Assembly (NCBI GenBank): GCA_054600435.1
Contig: BAAIJX010000004.1
Location: 248,001-312,000, forward strand
Reading direction: 5' to 3'
Length of the DNA: 64,000 bases
Source of the DNA: Neophaeotheca triangularis
Taxonomy: Eukaryota
The notes below the pieces were generated by a model. The model had not been told where the DNA came from, made no database searches, and saw only the letters and a list, made by a program, of their open reading frames with translations. The position numbers and the translations under genes were made by a program. Each line of letters opens with the position of its first letter. Within the stretch, counting starts at the first letter, position 1. This document shows, piece after piece, positions 46,713 through 60,739 of this stretch.

Positions 46713-49287
46713 ATGGCGTCAGGCACAGTGAGAGCGCAGCCAGCGCTGCCGAACTCGAGAGACGATGTCAATGGAACGTAAGTGCTCTTCTTCCCTCCTC
46801 GCTCGTTCACAAGGCTTCCAGCCACCGGCACGTTTCTGTATGCCGGCTGCTGTGAACATTCTTGGCTCAGGCGGAGGCTGCTATCGAAGCTTTTTCTCAA
46901 AATAAGAACCTCATGCTAACTTTGAACCAAGATGGGCATACCTCGAGTGGGGAGTGGACAAAATCATGTACGGTCTCAAAGACGGCGTCGACCTCAAGAC
47001 GTACATGACCCTCTACACATGCATTCACAACTTCTGTACGGCACAAAAAGCTGTCGGCGGACCCTCCACGAACCTCAGCTCTACCCACCGCGGCGCGCAT
47101 CTGCTCGGCGAGGACCTCTATAGGAAATTGAATGGGTATCTCAAGACACATCTGGAGGGGGTGCATTCGGAGATGGTCCAGCATGTCGATGAGGCGCTGC
47201 TCAAGTTTTACATCAAGGAGTGGAAACGCTACACAACAGCTGCTGGCTATGACAACCATCTCTTCCGCTACCTCAACCGTCACTGGGTGAAGAGGGAGAT
47301 GGATGAGGGCAAGAAGGACGTGTACGACATCTACACTCTGCACTTGGTGAGGTGGAAGGAGGACATGTTCGGCTCAACTCAGAACGCGGTCATGGATGCT
47401 GTGCTTCGCCTGGTCGAGAAGCAGCGCAACGGCGAAACGATCGAGCAGTCACAAGTCAAGGCCGTGGTGGATAGCTTCGTCGCACTTGGTATCGACGAGG
47501 CGGACAGCACAAAGACGAACCTGGACGTCTATCGTACCTACTTCGAGAAGCCGTTCCTCGACGCCACTGCGCGCTACTACGAGAAAGAGTCGGAACAGTT
47601 CTTGCAGGAAAACTCACCGGTCGAATACATGAAGAAGGCGGAGCAAAGGTTGGATGAGGAGAAAGAGCGCGTGCCTCTCTACCTGCTCGCTGAGATCATG
47701 GGCCCTCTTATGAAGACTACCGAGCAGGCTCTCATCGCCAAGCACGCCATCCTCCTGCGCGATGTTTTCCAAGAGCTACTTGACAACGACCAGGAGGAGG
47801 ACATGGCACGCATGTACAAGCTTCTTGCCCGCATTCCAGATGGGCTCGAGCCACTGCGTCAGAAGTTTGAGCAACACGTGCGCCGTCAAGGTCTCGCCGC
47901 AGTCGACAAGGTCGCAGCGCAAGGCGACGCTATTGACCCCAAGGCCTACGTCGACGCACTCCTCGAGGTTCATTCTCAGTACGCCGCCCTGGTCCAAAAA
48001 GCCTTCAACAACGAGTCTGAGTTCGTTCGCTCTTTGGATAACGCTTGCCGTGAATACGTCAATCGCAACAAGGTCTGCGCGCGCAACTCTGCTCGCTCGC
48101 CTGAACTACTCTCCAAGCACGCCGACACCCTTCTCAAGCGTAGCACCAAGGCAACAGAAGAAGACGACATGGAGGCACTGCTGAACAATGTCATGACAAT
48201 TTTCAAGTACATCGAGGACAAGGATGTTTTCCAGAAGTTCTACTCTAGAACCTTGGCGAAACGCCTAGTCAACGGCACATCGGCTTCCAACGACAGCGAG
48301 ACGTCAATGATCAGCAAGCTCAAGGATGCCAGTGGTTTCGAGTACACCAACAAGCTGCAGCGCATGTTCCAAGACATGCAAACTTCGAAAGATCTCAATA
48401 ACAACTACGAGCAATGGCGCAACGAGAACATCGACAAGGAAGACCGCAAAGACGAGGTCGACGCTTACTATCAGATTCTCGGTACAGGTTTCTGGCCGCT
48501 GCAACCTCCTGGCACTCCATTTGCTCCTCCACCAGCGCTTGTTCGCACGTACGAGCGTTTCAGCACATTCTACAGCAAGAAGCACGGCGGCCGCAAGCTT
48601 TCTTGGTTGTGGCATCTGTGCAAGGGCGAAATGCGCGCCAACTACGCCAAAATGAACAAGGTCCCCTACACTTTCCAGGTGTCAACCTACCAGATGGCGA
48701 TTCTCCTCATGTTCAATGAAAGCGACACGGTTGACTACGACTCCATTGCCTCCGTCACTATGCTGCAAAAGGAGACGCTCGACCCCAGCATCGCCATCAT
48801 GCTGAAAGCCAAAGTTTTGACTGCGAACCCCGAGGGTAAGACCGAGTCCGGAACGCAGTACACGCTCAACTTGGGCTTCAAGTCGAAGAAGATCAAGGTC
48901 AACCTCAACATTGCCATCAAAGCCGAGCAGAAGCAAGAAGTGGAAGAGACGCACAAGACCATCGAGGAAGACAGAAAGATGCTCATGCAGGTTAGTATAT
49001 CCCCGTCTGACTGTGTAACCAACGGCAAAAGGCAGTTACCTTTGCCTGAGCACAAGACCCCTAAGAGCCAGGAAGCTAACATGGTTCCCGCAATCCAGTC
49101 CGCCATCGTCCGTATCATGAAGTCGCGCAAGACGATGAAGCACACGCAGCTCGTGGGTGAGTGTATCGCGCAGATACGCAACCGCTTCAATCCCAAGGTT
49201 GGCGACATCAAGAAGTGCATCGACATTTTGCTGGAGAAAGAATACCTGGAACGTCTCGACGGCGACGAGCTGGGCTACCTTGCGTAG
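46713..49287 (+). CDS. CUL1: Cullin-1 (SCF scaffold; CulA/Cdc53); introns 46778-46931 and 48991-49098
   Basis: YMTLYTCIHNFCT, LFRYLNRHWVKRE, FKYIEDKDVFQKFY, LSWLWHLCKGE, AIVRIMKSRK neddylation motif, IKKCIDILLEKEYLER. Confidence 0.96.
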
Positions 49288-49834
49288 ACGCTTGCCAACG
49301 TGCGTTCGGATCGGAAGGGCCCTTGCGGCGGAAGGGCAGTGGTGAAGGTGCGAGCTCGCATGGGTGGTGCTTTCTAGCGGCGTTCTTTTCCGAGGCTGCA
49401 TCAACATCATGCGATATGCTACGAAGAAAAAGGGGGGTTGCCTAGGGTTTAGCATGGCGTAGGCGTTTTGCTGAGTGGGTGGATATGACAACGTGAGACT
49501 CATGGAGAGGCTTTCAGCTAGTCGTAGTACAAATCACATATCATTGAAAGCGATGAATCTCTCTTTCACTAAGTAAGGTAGGTAATTGTTGTCGCCGCTC
49601 AAGAAAGCTCCCTCATCTTTACCAGACACCCAGATATCCCGGTTAAAAGGCGGCTAATAACACAGCGGGAGGCGACGTCAAGTCCCGCCGCCGCTCTCCA
49701 CAACTCGACTCGCGTGTCTTGTCGAGCCTCAACTTTGGACAATTTGTGCTGATGAAGCAACGTCTCACTCTCCTCCTTTGGCAATCGGAAACGCCTTGAT
49801 TGCGCGACCACATTTCTTTTCAATATCAGCCATC

Positions 49835-52800
49835 ATGGCGCCTCTTGTGGATCACCCCCAAATCGCCAATGCGAGCCTCCACAATCCCAAACCCCTCGCC
49901 TCGCACACATACGTCTGGCCCTTCATCATCCTCTGGCCCGCCTTCTTCTCCATCTACCTGCGTCAAGAATCCTACGACCACTATATCGGCGGGCAAGAGT
50001 TCACCTTCGTCTGGAGCGGCACAATCGTTACTCTGCAGAGTTTGACATGGCTGAGTACTTTCTGGAACGTTGACATTCGCGCATTGTTCACAACCAGCAA
50101 AGCCAGCGATGTCAAGACGGCAGGATTGGTCAAAGTTATACCCATCGAGAACGCCGGCAGCGCCGAAATTTGCGAGATCGAGAGGAAGAAAGTGGCCGGA
50201 CAAGCCAGCCTCAGCTTTCTCTTCCAGAAACGCCGTTTCCTTTACAACGAGGCCAAGGGCTCCTTTGCGCCGCTGCAATACGCTCTCGACCAGGACCCGA
50301 AACCGACTGTTGGGAGTTTCCAGCTGAGCAAAGGGTTGGAGAAGAAGACGGAGATTGAGAAGATGAATGAGCACTACGGCGCGAACGTCTTTGATATCCC
50401 AGTTCCGACTTTCACGGAGCTTTTCAAGGAGCATGCCGTTGCGCCGTTCTTTGTTTTCCAGGTCTTTTGCGTTGGGTTGTGGATGTTGGATGAGTACTGG
50501 TACTACTCGCTCTTCACGCTATTCATGCTGGTGGTCTTTGAGAGCACGGTTGTCTGGCAGCGGCAAAAGACGCTCAAGGAATTCAGGGGCATGAGTATCA
50601 AGCCGTATGAGATTTACGTCAGGCGCGAGAACAAATGGAAGCAGATCATGAGCGATCAGCTGCTTCCTGGAGATTTGGTCAGCGTAGGTCGTACTAAAGA
50701 GGACTCGGGCGTGGCCTGCGATATGCTTTTGGTGGAGGGTAGCGCTATCGTCAACGAGGCTATGCTTTCGGGAGAGAGCACGCCCGTGCTCAAGGATTCG
50801 GTACAGCTCAGGCCTGGTGAAGCGCGCATTGAGCCTGAGGGATTGGATAAGAATGCTTTCCTGTGGGGAGGAACGAAGGTGCTTCAGGTTACCCACGGTA
50901 CTACTGGTGAAGACGGCGAGGACACCAAGCAAACGCTCAAGTCTGGCGTGCCGCCTCCTCCGGACAAGGGCGCGCTGGCTGTTGTTACCAAGACCGGTTT
51001 CGAGACGAACCAAGGCGCTTTGGTGCGCACCATGATCTACTCGACTGAGCGCGTGAGTGCCAACAACGTCGAGGCTCTGCTCTTTATTCTGTTCTTGACC
51101 GTGTTCGCTATTGCAGCATCGTGGTACGTCTGGAAGGAAGGTATCAAGACCGACAGAAAGAGGAGCAAGCTTCTCCTTGATTGTGTACTCATCATCACCT
51201 CCGTGGTCCCGCCTGAGCTGCCTATGGAACTGAGCTTGGCTGTCAATACCAGTTTGGCCTCGCTTAGCAAGCTGGCCATCTTCTGCACTGAGCCTTTCAG
51301 GATCCCGTTTGCTGGCCGCGTGGATGTTGCATGTTTTGACAAGACCGGTACTCTCACTGGGGAAGACTTGGTCGTTGACGGAGTTGCTGGGCTTATGCTT
51401 GACGACTCGAAGCAAGCTACTGAGCCTGACGGCGCGCAGAGCCAGTTGGTACGCGTCGCTGACACGGGATTGGAAACCACTCTTACTCTCGCAACCGCCC
51501 ATGCTCTTGTCAAGCTGGAAGAAGGCGATGTTGTGGGAGAGCCCATGGAAAAGGCCACTCTGCAATCTCTTGGTTGGTCGCTCGGTAAGAACGACACGCT
51601 TTCCGCCCGTTCAGCTTCGGCGGTAAAGGGCAAGGGCTTCTCCAGCAACAACGCAGACACCGTCCAGATCAAGCGCCGCTTCCAGTTCTCTTCAGCCTTG
51701 AAGCGCCAAAGCTCTGTTGCCACCGCTGTCACCACCGACCGTAACACTGGACACAAGCAACGTGGTACATTTGTTGGTGTCAAGGGAGCCCCTGAGACTA
51801 TCCAGAAGATGCTCGTCGAGGTTCCACCAAAGTACGAGGAAACTTTCAAGTACTTCTCCCGTAACGGCGCGAGAGTGCTGGCGTTGGCCTACAAATACCT
51901 CAGCACGCAAGATGATATTGGCCAGAACCGTATTAATAACCTCAAGCGTGAGGAGGTTGAGTCTCATCTCCACTTTGCAGGATTCCTCGTCCTGCAGTGC
52001 CCTCTCAAGGACGACGCTGTCAAGGCTGTGCGTATGCTGAACGAAAGCTCGCATCGCGTGGTCATGATTACGGGAGACAACCCGCTCACAGCTGTGCACG
52101 TCGCCAAGCAAGTGGAGATCGTAGACCGCGAGGTTTTGATTTTGGACGCGCCTGAGCACGACGAGAGTGGCGAAAAGCTCGTGTGGAAGAGTGTTGACGA
52201 GAAGACGGTCATTCCTGTCAACCCCGCTGAACCGCTCAACAGGGCAATCGTCAAGGACAAGGATCTCTGCGTCACTGGCTACGGTCTCGCCAAATTTAAG
52301 GGCCAGATCGCTTGGGCGGATTTGCTTCGACACACTTGGGTCTATGCTCGTGTTTCGCCGAAGCAGAAGGAAGAAATTCTGCTTGGTCTCAAGGATGCCG
52401 GTTACACTACTCTCATGGCTGGTGATGGCACCAACGACGTTGGCGCGCTTAAGCAAGCTCACATTGGTGTTGCGCTCCTGAACGGTACAAAGGAAGACCT
52501 CGAGCGTATCGCCTTCCACATGCGCGAGACAAGGATGAAGGACATGTACGAAAAGCAGCGTCAAATGATGGAACGCTTCAACCAGCCGCAACCACCTGTT
52601 CCAGCTCAAATCGCCCATCTCTACCCTGAAGGCCCCAAGAACCCGCACTACCACAAGGCTATCGAGCGCGAGGCACAGCGTAAAGGCAATATGCTCGCGC
52701 AGAGGGAGATGGCTGCTAACGCCAACGGCGAGGCCAATGGCGCTGCCACCAAGTACACGCCTCCGCCTCAACCTCAACCCACAGTTCAAGCCACGCAAAG

Positions 52801-53797
52801 TGGGCAACCACAGAACGCTGCGTCGGCCGCTATGGAAAAGATGACCAGCTCTATGATGGATGACGCTCTCGACGACGACGAGCCGCCCACGATCAAGCTC
52901 GGAGACGCTTCCGTCGCTGCACCCTTCACGAGCAAGCTTGCGAACGTCGTCGCCGTGCCGAACATCATCAGGCAAGGCCGTTGTGCGCTTGTTGCTACGA
53001 TTCAAATGTACAAGATTCTTGCGCTCAACTGCTTGATCTCGGCTTACAGTTTGAGTGTGCTGTATCTGGATGGGATCAAGTTTGGGGATGGGCAGGTGAC
53101 CATTAGTGGGATGTTGATGAGTGTTTGCTTTTTGAGCATTTCTCGTGCGAAGGTGAGTTGATACAAGACACTCGGCAGTTGCCAACAATTGATGCTAACT
53201 TTTCTTTAGCCCGTCGAAGCCCTTTCCAAGGAGCGCCCCCAGCCCAACATCTTCAACTACTACATCATGGGCTCGGTCCTGGGCCAGTTTGCCATCCACA
53301 TCGCAACCCTCATCTACATTTCCCAGACTGTCAGCTCCATCGAAGAGCGCACCCCCCGCGAAAAAGTGGACCTCGAAGGCGAATTCCAGCCCTCGCTCCT
53401 CAACTCAGCAATCTACCTCCTCCAATTAATCCAACAAATCTCCACCTTCGCCATCAACTACCAAGGCCGACCCTTCCGCGAGTCCATCCAAGAGAACAAG
53501 GGCATGTACTACGGCATCCTCGGCGTGACGGGCGTGGCCTTCAGCGGCGCGACCGAGTTCATTCCGGAACTGAACGAGAAGCTGAAACTCGTGCCTTTTA
53601 CCACGGAGTTCAAGACGACACTCTGCATTGTCATGGTTGTCGATTTCTTGGGTTGTTATGTTGTTGAGAAGGTTCTCAAGGTGCTTTTTAGCGATTATAA
53701 ACCCAAGGATATTGCTGTTCGGAGGCCGGATCAGTTGGAGAGGGAGGCCAAGCGGTTGGAGAGGGAGGAGGCGAAGAGGTTGTTGGGGAAGGCTTGA
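49835..53797 (+). CDS. SPF1: P5A-type ATPase Spf1/Cod1 (one intron 53153-53209)
   Basis: SGES, PPELPMEL, DKTGTLT, MITGDNPLT, MAGDGTNDVG motifs; C-terminal exon matches ORF 53267-53797. Confidence 0.96.
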
Positions 53798-54085
53798 TTT
53801 ACGATGTCGTGTGCGAAGGGGTGTGGATCTTGTGTATAGATCGTTGTGTAGCGTGGACATGTGTGTTGTTTTTGGGTTCCCCCAGCCTTTGCTACGTTTA
53901 TATCCAAGCTTGTACGTGATATGGATCGGTCGTGAAGCGAGAGCAGCCGAGGTCGGTTGTGGCTCTCCGCACTTGACCTCTTTTTTATATGAAAGGGAGA
54001 TGGAACATGTGTACGACTTCTACCTTACACGTCAATAACAAATACAGTTGTCGAGCAACAATAAAGAACATAGCGTATCGAAACA

Positions 54086-55822
54086 ATGGCAACCCCAATA
54101 ATCGTCGGCGTCGGCGACTACATCAACCGCTCCAAAAAAGCCTACGACGCCATGGAGCCCTTACAGCTCATGTTCCGCGCTGTCACCAACGCGCTGCAAG
54201 ACACGGGCCTCAGTTCAGACAAAATCAAGTCTTTGCAATCGCAAATCGACAGCATCGACGTCGTCAAGACTTGGACGTGGCCCTATCCCGATCTCCCCGG
54301 CTCTCTCGCCACCAAACTGAACGCCAACCCCAAGCGCAAGTTCTACTCTGATCATGGCGGCAATCAGCCCGCGAAACTGTTCGATGAGGCTGCGAGAAGG
54401 GTTTCGAGGGGCGAGAGCGAGGTTTGCGTCGTTACTGGGGGCGAGGCTTTGGCGTCTCGTAAGACTGCAAGCCAAATAACCTCAAGCTGCATGATCCGCT
54501 GACAACACCTTTCCCCCAAGTATCCGCCTGCGCTGCCGCCAAGCAACTCCCACCACCAGGCTGGGAACCCCTCCCCAAAGGCACCTCGGTCAACGAGGTC
54601 TTTTCGCCGACAACAGCCGGGCTTCAACAAAGTGTGTGACTCGGCCCCCTGTTCGTTAGTACCCAAACTGACGGCAACCTAGATCTTGGTTCCAAACACG
54701 GTGTCGGCAACCCAATTCACGTCTACCCGCTCTACGAAGCCGGCTTGCGAGCGCATCGCGGCCAGAGTTTGAAAGCTAATAACGACGAGAGCGCGGAGCT
54801 GTATGCGGAGTTCGCGGACGTGGCGGCAGGGAATGAATTTGCTTGGACGTACGGGGGCGAGAGGGAGACGAGGGAGAGTATCGGAGAGGTCGGGGGGAGG
54901 AATCGTATGATCTGCTCGCCTTGTGAGTTTCTTTTCCTTCCCTTTCGTTTGTCCCGCCTGATTTGGGTGATGGGTGCGGTGCTGATGTTTGACCGCAGAT
55001 CCGTTGCTCATGAATGCTTTCAACAATATCAATTTGGCTGGGGCTTGCATTGTTACTTCTACTGCCGGAGCGAGGGAGCTGGGGGTCCCGGAGTCGAAGT
55101 GGATCTATGCTCTAGGAGGAGCGGGGACGCAAGATGCGGATTACTTCTGGCATCGCCCGGATTTCCACTCTTCGCCTGCTATTTGCCGCTCTCTGGATGC
55201 CGGATTGTTGGTTTCGGGACTTTCCAAGGACGATATCGATCTTTTCGATTTTTATTCTTGCTTCCCCATTGTGCCAAAGCTGGCTTGCCGGCATTTGGGG
55301 TTACCTATGACTGGTGGTGAGAAGCCGATTACCTTACTTGGAGGCCTGACTTCTTTCGGCGGAGCTGGTAATAATTACTCGATGCACGCTATCACCGAGC
55401 TCGTGCGGCAGCTGCGCGGTGGCAAAGGGGAAAATGGGCTGATCCTCGCCAACGGCGGCGTGGTCACTTACCAGCACGTCATCTGCTTATCCACGCAGCC
55501 ACGGCGAGACAAATACCCTACGCAAGACGGTCTGCCAGCAAAAATCACAGACATCCCCGTACCACCTATACAGGAAGAAGCGGAAGGAGATGCTTTGATA
55601 GAGACCTACACTGTCGAGTTCAAACGCGACGGCAGTCCAAAGCAGGCTTACATCGTTGGCAGGCTGAAGGAGAGCGGTCATCGCTTTTTGGCCAATCCTA
55701 AGGATCAGAAGAGTCTCAAGGCTTTTTGCTCGGATGAGGAGCAGATTGGGAGACCTGGGAGGGTATCGACTGAGAAAGGGGGGAGGAATGTCTTCGCCTT
55801 TGATGAGGGCTCTAGGCTGTGA
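54086..55822 (+). CDS. Thiolase-like protein (acetyl-CoA acetyltransferase-like, TLP type), 4 exons
   Basis: TPIIVGVGD, HGGNQP, GGEALAS, FDFYSCFPIVPK, TLLGGLTSFGGAGNNYSMHA, IETYTVEF; introns near 54459, 54634 and 54923. Confidence 0.85.
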
Positions 55823-56108
55823 AGATATGGCCACTTTGCTTCGAATAACAATTCACGGCGGACTTTTTCATCGTCTTGAGACATCAATGTCTCGTATAAC
55901 GCTTCTGCGACGGCACACTGTCGTGTTTCATGCCACGAGCACAACACAATGGGAGGCCAGAGACTTTTTACAACTCTGAGACACTGTGTTGTCCGACTAA
56001 CTCGACACTTATCGAACACTCCCTCACGACCCGAAATGCCATACTATTTGCTTTTCCTTCTCGGACCGCCTGGAGTGGAACTTGTACACCTCAACACCAT
56101 TCGCACGT

Positions 56109-57780
56109 CATGGACTTTCTTAACGAGCCCGCCGACGGTTTCGGCTTCGACCGCAGAACCGATCAAAAGGCCGTACTCTCGCCTCATACTGTCTCTTTGG
56201 CGGATCTCGATCTGGAGCGAGCCAGTACGCATGCCAGTCCGCAAGAACCACTCCCACAACACCTACCGGTAGAGCCCCCGTTAGGATGCCAGCAAGTTGT
56301 AACAGGTAGGCGATCCTGGTTCGCAAACGAACTAGTAGCCAGACGATGTTGCCAGCCCATTGCGAATCTCTTCGGCCCGGGCAGTGGTGTACTCCCAGTC
56401 TTTGGAACCCGGGAAGCCCTGGAACTCTTACGCCAAGCGATACAGGTCCAAGGTCTGTTCTTCTTTGAACAACCCGGCCAAGGTCGTCTCGAACTCGCCA
56501 CAGCTTTCGATTACAGCTTGCGAGTCATGGATGAACGCCGCGAACTACCGCCTGGGTATTACGCTAGCTTCGTTGAGCACATGAATTCGATGTCGAAAAG
56601 ACCTTCCGGTTGCAGTACAAACGCAGCTCTCCAGGCGTGGCTCGCTCGCACCGCAGGAGATGAGCAATTTTACACGCGAATTGGTTTCGTGACTAGTAAA
56701 GCTACCGGTTCCAAAGAGGTGTCTGTACGTGGACCACCACCTCAAAACCACCAAAACGCCATCGTCTGGATTTACCAATGGCAGGGTTCCACGGGCCCCA
56801 AAGGTACGCCTGTCATCAACTACTGCCCGATCAATTGCCAGCAAGCATCAATCCTCGGACCGCTTCGTGTCAACAGAACTAAGCCAGTACCTTCACCAAG
56901 CGCATACACGCCGCCACCATCAAGGAAAAGTAACCTGAAGCGCCGGAGACAAGACTCAGAAGACCCCCCAACCGTCCTCGGCAAACGCAAACAACACCAC
57001 AAAACCTCCCCCCGCAACTCCAACACCCTGCCAACCACTAATCCCAAAACCCTCCAACCCCCGCCCTCCTCCCCGCCAACCCACACCCAGGACCCCCAAA
57101 CCCTCTCCTTCGCCCCCGAACACCTCATCGACCCGATCCTCTTCGCCCTTCCTCTGGACAAAATCACCAACAACCTAATCCTCTACCTGGCAACCCGCTA
57201 CACCAACACGGAGATTTTCGAGCACATCAACGCCTTCCGGCAGCCGGGCAAGGAGAGATTGAGGGAGATGAATGTTATTACTAAGCGCCTGACTACTGCG
57301 GTTCGGAATATGGCCAAGAGGAAGGGGGTGAGTGAGGTGGAGGTGAGGGAGGGGTTGAAGAGGGTGAAGGCTGAGGGGGGTGTGAGGAGGGGGAGGGGGA
57401 GGACGGCTGGGGAGATGGTTGCCAGGGTTGGGAGCGGGGGAATGGGGGATGGGGATGGGGATGAGGATGGAGAGGGGACGGGGGCGGTTGCTGGGACTGG
57501 GGGTCTTGGGGGCGGTGTCATTGGTGATGATGGAGGTGTGGAGGAAACGCAGGTTGCTTCTCAGAGTGAGCTTGCTGGTGGCGGTGAGAGTGGTCATGGT
57601 AATGGGTTTGACGGGGGCTTTGACATGGCTGGAGGGTTGGTGTTGGGGGACGAGGGCACGGATCAATACCTGACGAACGATTTCTGGGAGCGTCTTAATG
57701 ATGGGGCGGGAGGGGGCTTCTCTGCGGACTTTGACGCGAAGGACTTCGAGCTGTTTGGCGATATGGATTGGGCATCTTGA
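56109..57780 (+). CDS. Hypothetical protein with basic NLS-like segment and helical C-terminal domain; start uncertain (ORF open from 55930)
   Basis: 616-aa open frame; LKRRR/KRKQ basic patch; LYLATRYTNTEIFEHIN..NVITKRLTTA helical block; Gly/acidic tail. Confidence 0.6.
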
Positions 57781-57877
57781 GGTGGAATTTCTATGGTCAG
57801 AAGGTGTCGAGCATCGAATGTGAGCGCCCTTGTTGATATAGGATCAAAGTACATTTTTACATCCGCCTCGTATATCT

Positions 57878-59204
57878 TCATACTTCCTGATCCAAGTCCG
57901 TTCCAAACAATCGACGATATGCCTCATCGCCGAAAACAAAAGCTTTCCAATTCCTAGCCAGCTGCTTCGTCCCACGCTCCAGCTCCCACCCCTTTACCCC
58001 ACAAATCTTCCGCACAATTTGCTCGAGATACTGATCCATCCTCTCACCAGCAGTATGCAAATCCGACTCGACTAGGACTCGATTGTCCGGTACAGCGCGA
58101 AGGGCAGCCTCGACCTTACCATCGCCATCATCAGCCCACGAGTTGATCGTCGTGCTAAACGAGAAGAAAATCTCCGTCGGGATCGCAGGGTACAGATACT
58201 GCGAGACCTGCTCGGCAGACCCGGAGTACGAATGCAGACACACTCGCGGCGGGAAAGGCTTCGGCTCCAGAGGCTTTGCGTTTTCTGCGGCAGCTTCCCG
58301 CAGTTTTCGTGGCGAAGGGGAGCGCTCTCCTCCGTCTTTCTCTCCCGCTCGTTGCGAGCGTGCAGCTTTCCGCTCAGCTTTGCTAGGCACATGTTTCAGA
58401 TGGTCTTTCCACGTCTCCGACAACGTCGCGTGCACGACACCGTGGGCTTGGACGCCATGGCAAGAGACGGCCCGTTGCAACTCGCCCGCCAGCCGCAGCT
58501 GAGCGAGCAGGACTTTACGCTGGTGCTCCATGTTCACGCGGTAGGGGGAGAGGCGGCGGCCTTCTCTGCCGCCGGGGGTGAGGCTGTCGTCCCGGTTGCT
58601 TTCGTGCTCGGGTAGCCAGGCTTCGGGGATGCGGAAGGACTTGTCTAATCCGACTTCGCCTATCAGAGCCAGTGGGTGCTTTTGTAGGTGGTCGCGAGTT
58701 TGAGCTAGGAAGTAGCCGAAAGGCCGTGGGTCGGGGAGGGACAGGAGGAAGTCCCGGTTTTCGGATCTCGGGGTTAGGACGCTTTGGTAGTGAGCTGCTT
58801 TTTGGTCGTCCGTGAGGTTTGTGGCGTTGTCGTGGGCGGCTTCGTCGTACATTTGGTGGGAGAACCAGGGGTGCCAGCCGAATGCGGGGATGATGCTGTG
58901 TTCTTTGCTTTGGGGGGGTGTTAGCGTCGCTGATTACTGGGTTATGGCATCCGCCTCGCCTACCTTTACTGTTCGTTACCTACCTCCAGTCCTTTTCGCC
59001 TTCGTCGTCTGACCCAGGGATGTTGATGGGATTTTCTGTTGCAGCGTCCGAGACTAGTTGCTGATCTTGGGCGCGGGTTGCCATTACTGTCAATACTTTT
59101 GCTCTCATGCTCGGTATGGATTCCAGGCTTGATAGGGTGTCTGTTGGGTGGCAATGGGCGTCGAAGACTCCCAAATGCCATGGGAACGACTGACGGGCTG
59201 CCAT
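57878..59204 (-). CDS. scn1: Scn1-like TatD-family metallo-hydrolase (one intron ~58896-58984; start could extend to 59300)
   Basis: [49 protein letters not shown]. Confidence 0.88.
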
Positions 59205-59542
59205 GTCGTATCCGGATGACCAGATTGGTTTCTGGCGTCTACTGGCCGCGGTGTAGTCTTTCGGTTCGGAAGACGGAAGAGAGGAGGAGAGCACGAGCAT
59301 ACTGCAATGGTCAAGTCAATGGACATTTCCATGCCTCAGGCCAAAAAACGGAGCAGTGAAACTTTCACATGCTTCCCATGGAATCGTCTCAACCATGCTC
59401 GCCATGCAGCAGCAATAATAACTCTCCCCCGCCTTTTGACTACCCCTAGTCACCCTTCAACTATCATGTGAGTCCACAGTAGCTAGGTCGAGCACCTTGA
59501 TCCTTTCCTCTACAAGCCATTGGCACCATCACAACCAACAAC

Positions 59543-60277
59543 ATGTCTGTAATCGCATCACTCATCGCTCTTCCCTTGATCTTCCTCTGCAGTGTTCCAT
59601 TGGCTCTCTTTGCCGTGATAACAACGACCTGTGCCTTTTGGGCGCTCCTGTTCCGCGTATCGCTGGTTTATTTCGAACTACTCACTGCCTTACTGCGGGC
59701 ATGGTTCCTACCAAACTCCAAACCCGAGACAGCCGTACCGCTCCCACGACGTAGTCCATCGCACAAGAAGCGCCTCAGCGCCGCGTCAGACAATAGCACA
59801 GGTCCCCCAAGCCGTCTCCCAACCAAGTCCGAGAGCTTCGCATGTCTCGTGGGCGAAGCATCGAACCGCGACTTTGAAGGAGTAGGAGGCTGGCGTGACC
59901 CCGGCAGCCCGCAAGAAGAAGCACTATGGCTCGCACTGAACTCGCGACTCGAGCTTGGTCTAGCCACGGCGCACCGAAGACATCACCAACGCAGCTCGAC
60001 GGGGGGTTCAGCACCCATCACAACGCGAAGTAGAAGGCTGAGTGCGGCAGGCTCGCCTTTGCTGAGTCGGACTCCTGGCAGAAAGAGTGGGACGGCTAGT
60101 CCGGAGAGCTACTTCAATGTGCCCGTCGGTGCCACTTTGGGTCGCAATAGCGAGAGGGATAGCAGGGTCAGCTTTGGCGAGATATCGAGGAGACGGCGGA
60201 GTAGCAGTGGGAGTAGCAGTGGTGTGAGCTTGGTTAGCATGAACCTCAGCAGAGTTAGAGCTGGAGAGGAGCGTTGA
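59543..60277 (+). CDS. Conserved fungal hypothetical membrane protein
   Basis: Hydrophobic N-terminus (PLALFAVITT..YFEL), RDFEGVGGWR..ALWLALNSRLEL block, Ser/Arg-rich tail. Confidence 0.75.
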   Translation: MSVIASLIALPLIFLCSVPLALFAVITTTCAFWALLFRVSLVYFELLTALLRAWFLPNSKPETAVPLPRRSPSHKKRLSAASDNSTGPPSRLPTKSESFACLVGEASNRDFEGVGGWRDPGSPQEEALWLALNSRLELGLATAHRRHHQRSSTGGSAPITTRSRRLSAAGSPLLSRTPGRKSGTASPESYFNVPVGATLGRNSERDSRVSFGEISRRRRSSSGSSSGVSLVSMNLSRVRAGEER

Positions 60278-60738
60278 GAAAAGACAGCCCTTGCGGTGCC
60301 GATTGTGTGAAGAGACGGGAGGGCGCTTGATAAGCATGAATGGCGTAAAACAGGCCAACGTCTCCTAAGGGAAAGTGGTGTTAAGCGTCGGCAAGTCTCC
60401 AGCGTGACGAGCGCGAGTGTTGGACTGGCGATGTCAGGTCTCAGGGGATCTAAAGTGACGTGAAGTAAAGTGAAGTGGTTGGACGAGGTGAAGGCAATAT
60501 CAGAGTGAGGGAGACAAGAGACCTCGCTGCAAGCGAGAGGCAGTCAGAAGGCCACCAGCCCACGATATATTCTGACTATATATCCAACTCTGCAAGTAAG
60601 CCTTCCAGGAAAACGGCGCGATGTCTCAAAGGTATGTCTCCCAACCCCCCAACGTCCCAATACGGACACACTGACCCAAAGCAGATTCCACCCGCAAAGT
60701 GCGCACGTTCGAGTCCCTACTTCCACCTGGACTCGACT

Positions 60739-60739
<1 letters not shown>

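Noticed and set aside
50519..53188. 348-, 270- and 498-aa antisense ORFs in SPF1
   Set aside because: Shadow ORFs opposite a highly conserved gene.
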